From assembly GCF_009914755.1 (NCBI RefSeq), contig NC_060939.1: a DNA stretch of 64,000 bases; one strand, 5' to 3'. The DNA is from the human T2T-CHM13v2.0 reference genome, Homo sapiens. The position numbers and the translations under genes were made by a program. The notes beneath the pieces were generated by a model. That model made no database searches. It was not told the origin of the DNA and saw only the letters and a list, made by a program, of their open reading frames with translations. Below are positions 61,521-64,000 of this stretch, one piece after another. Every line of letters begins with the position of its first letter. Positions within the stretch are counted from its first letter, which is position 1.

Positions 61521-62721
61521 AGAGCATCTTTTACTCCTGTGGCGGGCTCTGGTCTAGGTGATTCTTAAGTCAGAGAATACGCTAGTTTGGTATTTACTCT
61601 CCATAGGAGGCTGAGCTGAGGCAGTGATCTGTTTGTAGTAGACAGTGTTCAAAGACTGGAAGCAACCACCAGTATGCTTTGGTGGTGTGTAACAGGGAGG
61701 GCTGGGCTGTATTTTGATTTGTATGTTTTAAGGAGTTAACTGACATGTATTTCTAAAAGAAAAAGATCAAGTAGATGGGAATTGAGTTGTGTAAATGGTT
61801 TTGCAGAAGACAGTCTGTCAGGTACTTAAACTAGGTGCTTTCTGGAACATTAATCACAGATATCTGAAGATACTATTTTATAAATATCACAGTAACCCGA
61901 AATATTTTTGTTTAAATTTCAGCAGTAGTCAAGTACTGTGTTCTAGCTGTAGAAGTAAGACTTTAAAGGCAGCGTTTCAAACTTTAAAATAACTTAAATA
62001 AGGAGTAAGAAAGATCACGACTCCTTTTTTTTTAATTTTAAGAAAGCGGGCTCGAGCTTTCTCAGGTTAAACCCCATATAGCAATAAGTATATGAGCAGC
62101 TGTTCGCACAAAATGCCTCTAAAACAAGTGCCTTCCCCTCTGTGTTCCTTTTGCATGCTACTTTGATATTTTTGTAGGATGGTTTATCCAAAGCAATGTT
62201 GCGTAGTACAACTCTTTGGAGAAGTAATTTATGTAATACATTTTAACCAGGGGCATTTTTGATTATTGATTTATAATTATATCATAGTCTTACTAGGTTT
62301 TTCAGTCCCAGTTATTAAGAATCACTTTTAGAAATAAATAGTACACAATTTTTGGTCAAATTGCATCACATTTTAAGGTTCTTTGATACAGAAAATATCC
62401 TGCCCTTTATAGTATTTATATTACTTTCTATTTTTAATATAGGCATCTAGAGATTTTTTGTCATTTGACTTAGTGCAAATGGAAAATATAGTTCAGAGCT
62501 CATTTACCTTTGGAAAAAAGCTACCAATAGAAAAATGTCATAAGCCTGATGTTGTATACATTGGGATTCTATCTAAGAGAATACCGTAATTGTTATTTTA
62601 AGGAGAGCTGGAAACTGCCTTTGTCCTATAAAGTAAGATTTGTTTAGCACATTTTATACTAGGGTCCCTCTGAAGGGAATTCAGAGGCAAGAGCAAAGGA
62701 ATAAAATGTGTTTATGGTAGG

Positions 62722-63031
<310 letters not shown>

Positions 63032-64000
63032 TATGGTAGGATTTTAAAATGGGAAGCTGAAATAAAACAGAGGTATTGGGCGGCCATCCCAGATGTTGAC
63101 CTAAGATGGAGAGAGTCTGGAAGTTCAGGTGTGTAGAGCAATCCAGAGGACGCAAATCTTTCACTTCTTCCTTTGTGCCTCCCTCCACCTCCAATTTCTA
63201 CCCCTCTCCAACCCAAAGAACAACTTTGGAACTTTGTTTTGCCTTCATTTTGCTCACTTTGGGTATTTAAAAATGTTTTTCCTCTCTACCTTTATGAATC
63301 CAGGTATTTTTAAACAAATAAGTTGATCCTATCATAAAAACGGTAATGGCGATGTCACAGGGAGGTGATTTAGGATATTTAATTTTCTAAATTATGCCGC
63401 TGGCCCTGGTTTTGTAATTTACGCTAGACCCTTCAAAAGATGATTTCCTATTTTATACCAGCCCAATTATTACTAATGATGGGCTTCTTTATAAAATGGA
63501 AAGACTAATAACCCTTTGAACTATTATGTAATTCCATTGTAGTTCATTAGTATGAATACCTGGTAGTTTTTTGTGCATCCCCTAAAGGGTTTGTAATTCT
63601 TTAAATTTTGCTCTTTTGTGAGATGTCTTCCAGTTTTCCCTGTTATGATCCCGTGCACAGGGAAGTAGTTTTCTAACAGGGGAGGAATTTTCTAAGATGC
63701 CTAGTAAATGGTGTGCACATTTGTATTGATTTTTCTTCTTTCATTCTCTTTATTCTCTTTCTCTGCCTTCTCTTCTTCTGCCACTGCCCTTCTCTTCCCT
63801 TGGCCCTTTAATCTCTGGGATAGTGTATTGTTGAATACATACAGCATTAATAGATGCTCAGTAAATACTTTTAGGCGATCTGTTGACAAAAAAATAAGTA
63901 CTTCTCTTTCAGTCATAATCTTCTACTCTTAAAATGCCATTTCTGAAAAAAATAGCTCCTTAGACTGTCTTAGAAATGACAGTACTTACCATAAGCAGTC

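Overview
Human (or very close primate) genomic DNA matching the chr15q26.3 head-to-head gene pair LINS1 (minus strand) and ASB7 (plus strand), recognised from their protein sequences. A CpG-island bidirectional promoter at ~24.45-25.7 kb separates them. The window holds LINS1 exon 1 (non-coding) and coding exons 2-3 (codons 1-163). It also holds ASB7 exons 1-5: three 5'UTR exons, one ending in a GC donor, then two coding exons giving the ankyrin-repeat region; the SOCS-box exon is beyond the window. The rest is intron, dense in L1, Alu, MIR/L2, hAT/Tigger DNA transposons and ERV1 elements, including a ~7.4 kb nested MER4-group provirus inside a split MER21 LTR. There is also a 25-unit 50-bp minisatellite with higher-order structure, several local tandem duplications, a short templated insertion and a Y1 RNA retropseudogene. 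I found no convincing novel protein-coding system. The most interesting points are regulatory (uORF-rich leaders on both genes, a SOCS-less ASB7 read-through isoform) and structural or evolutionary. Repeat family names come from recalled consensus sequences and their boundaries are approximate.
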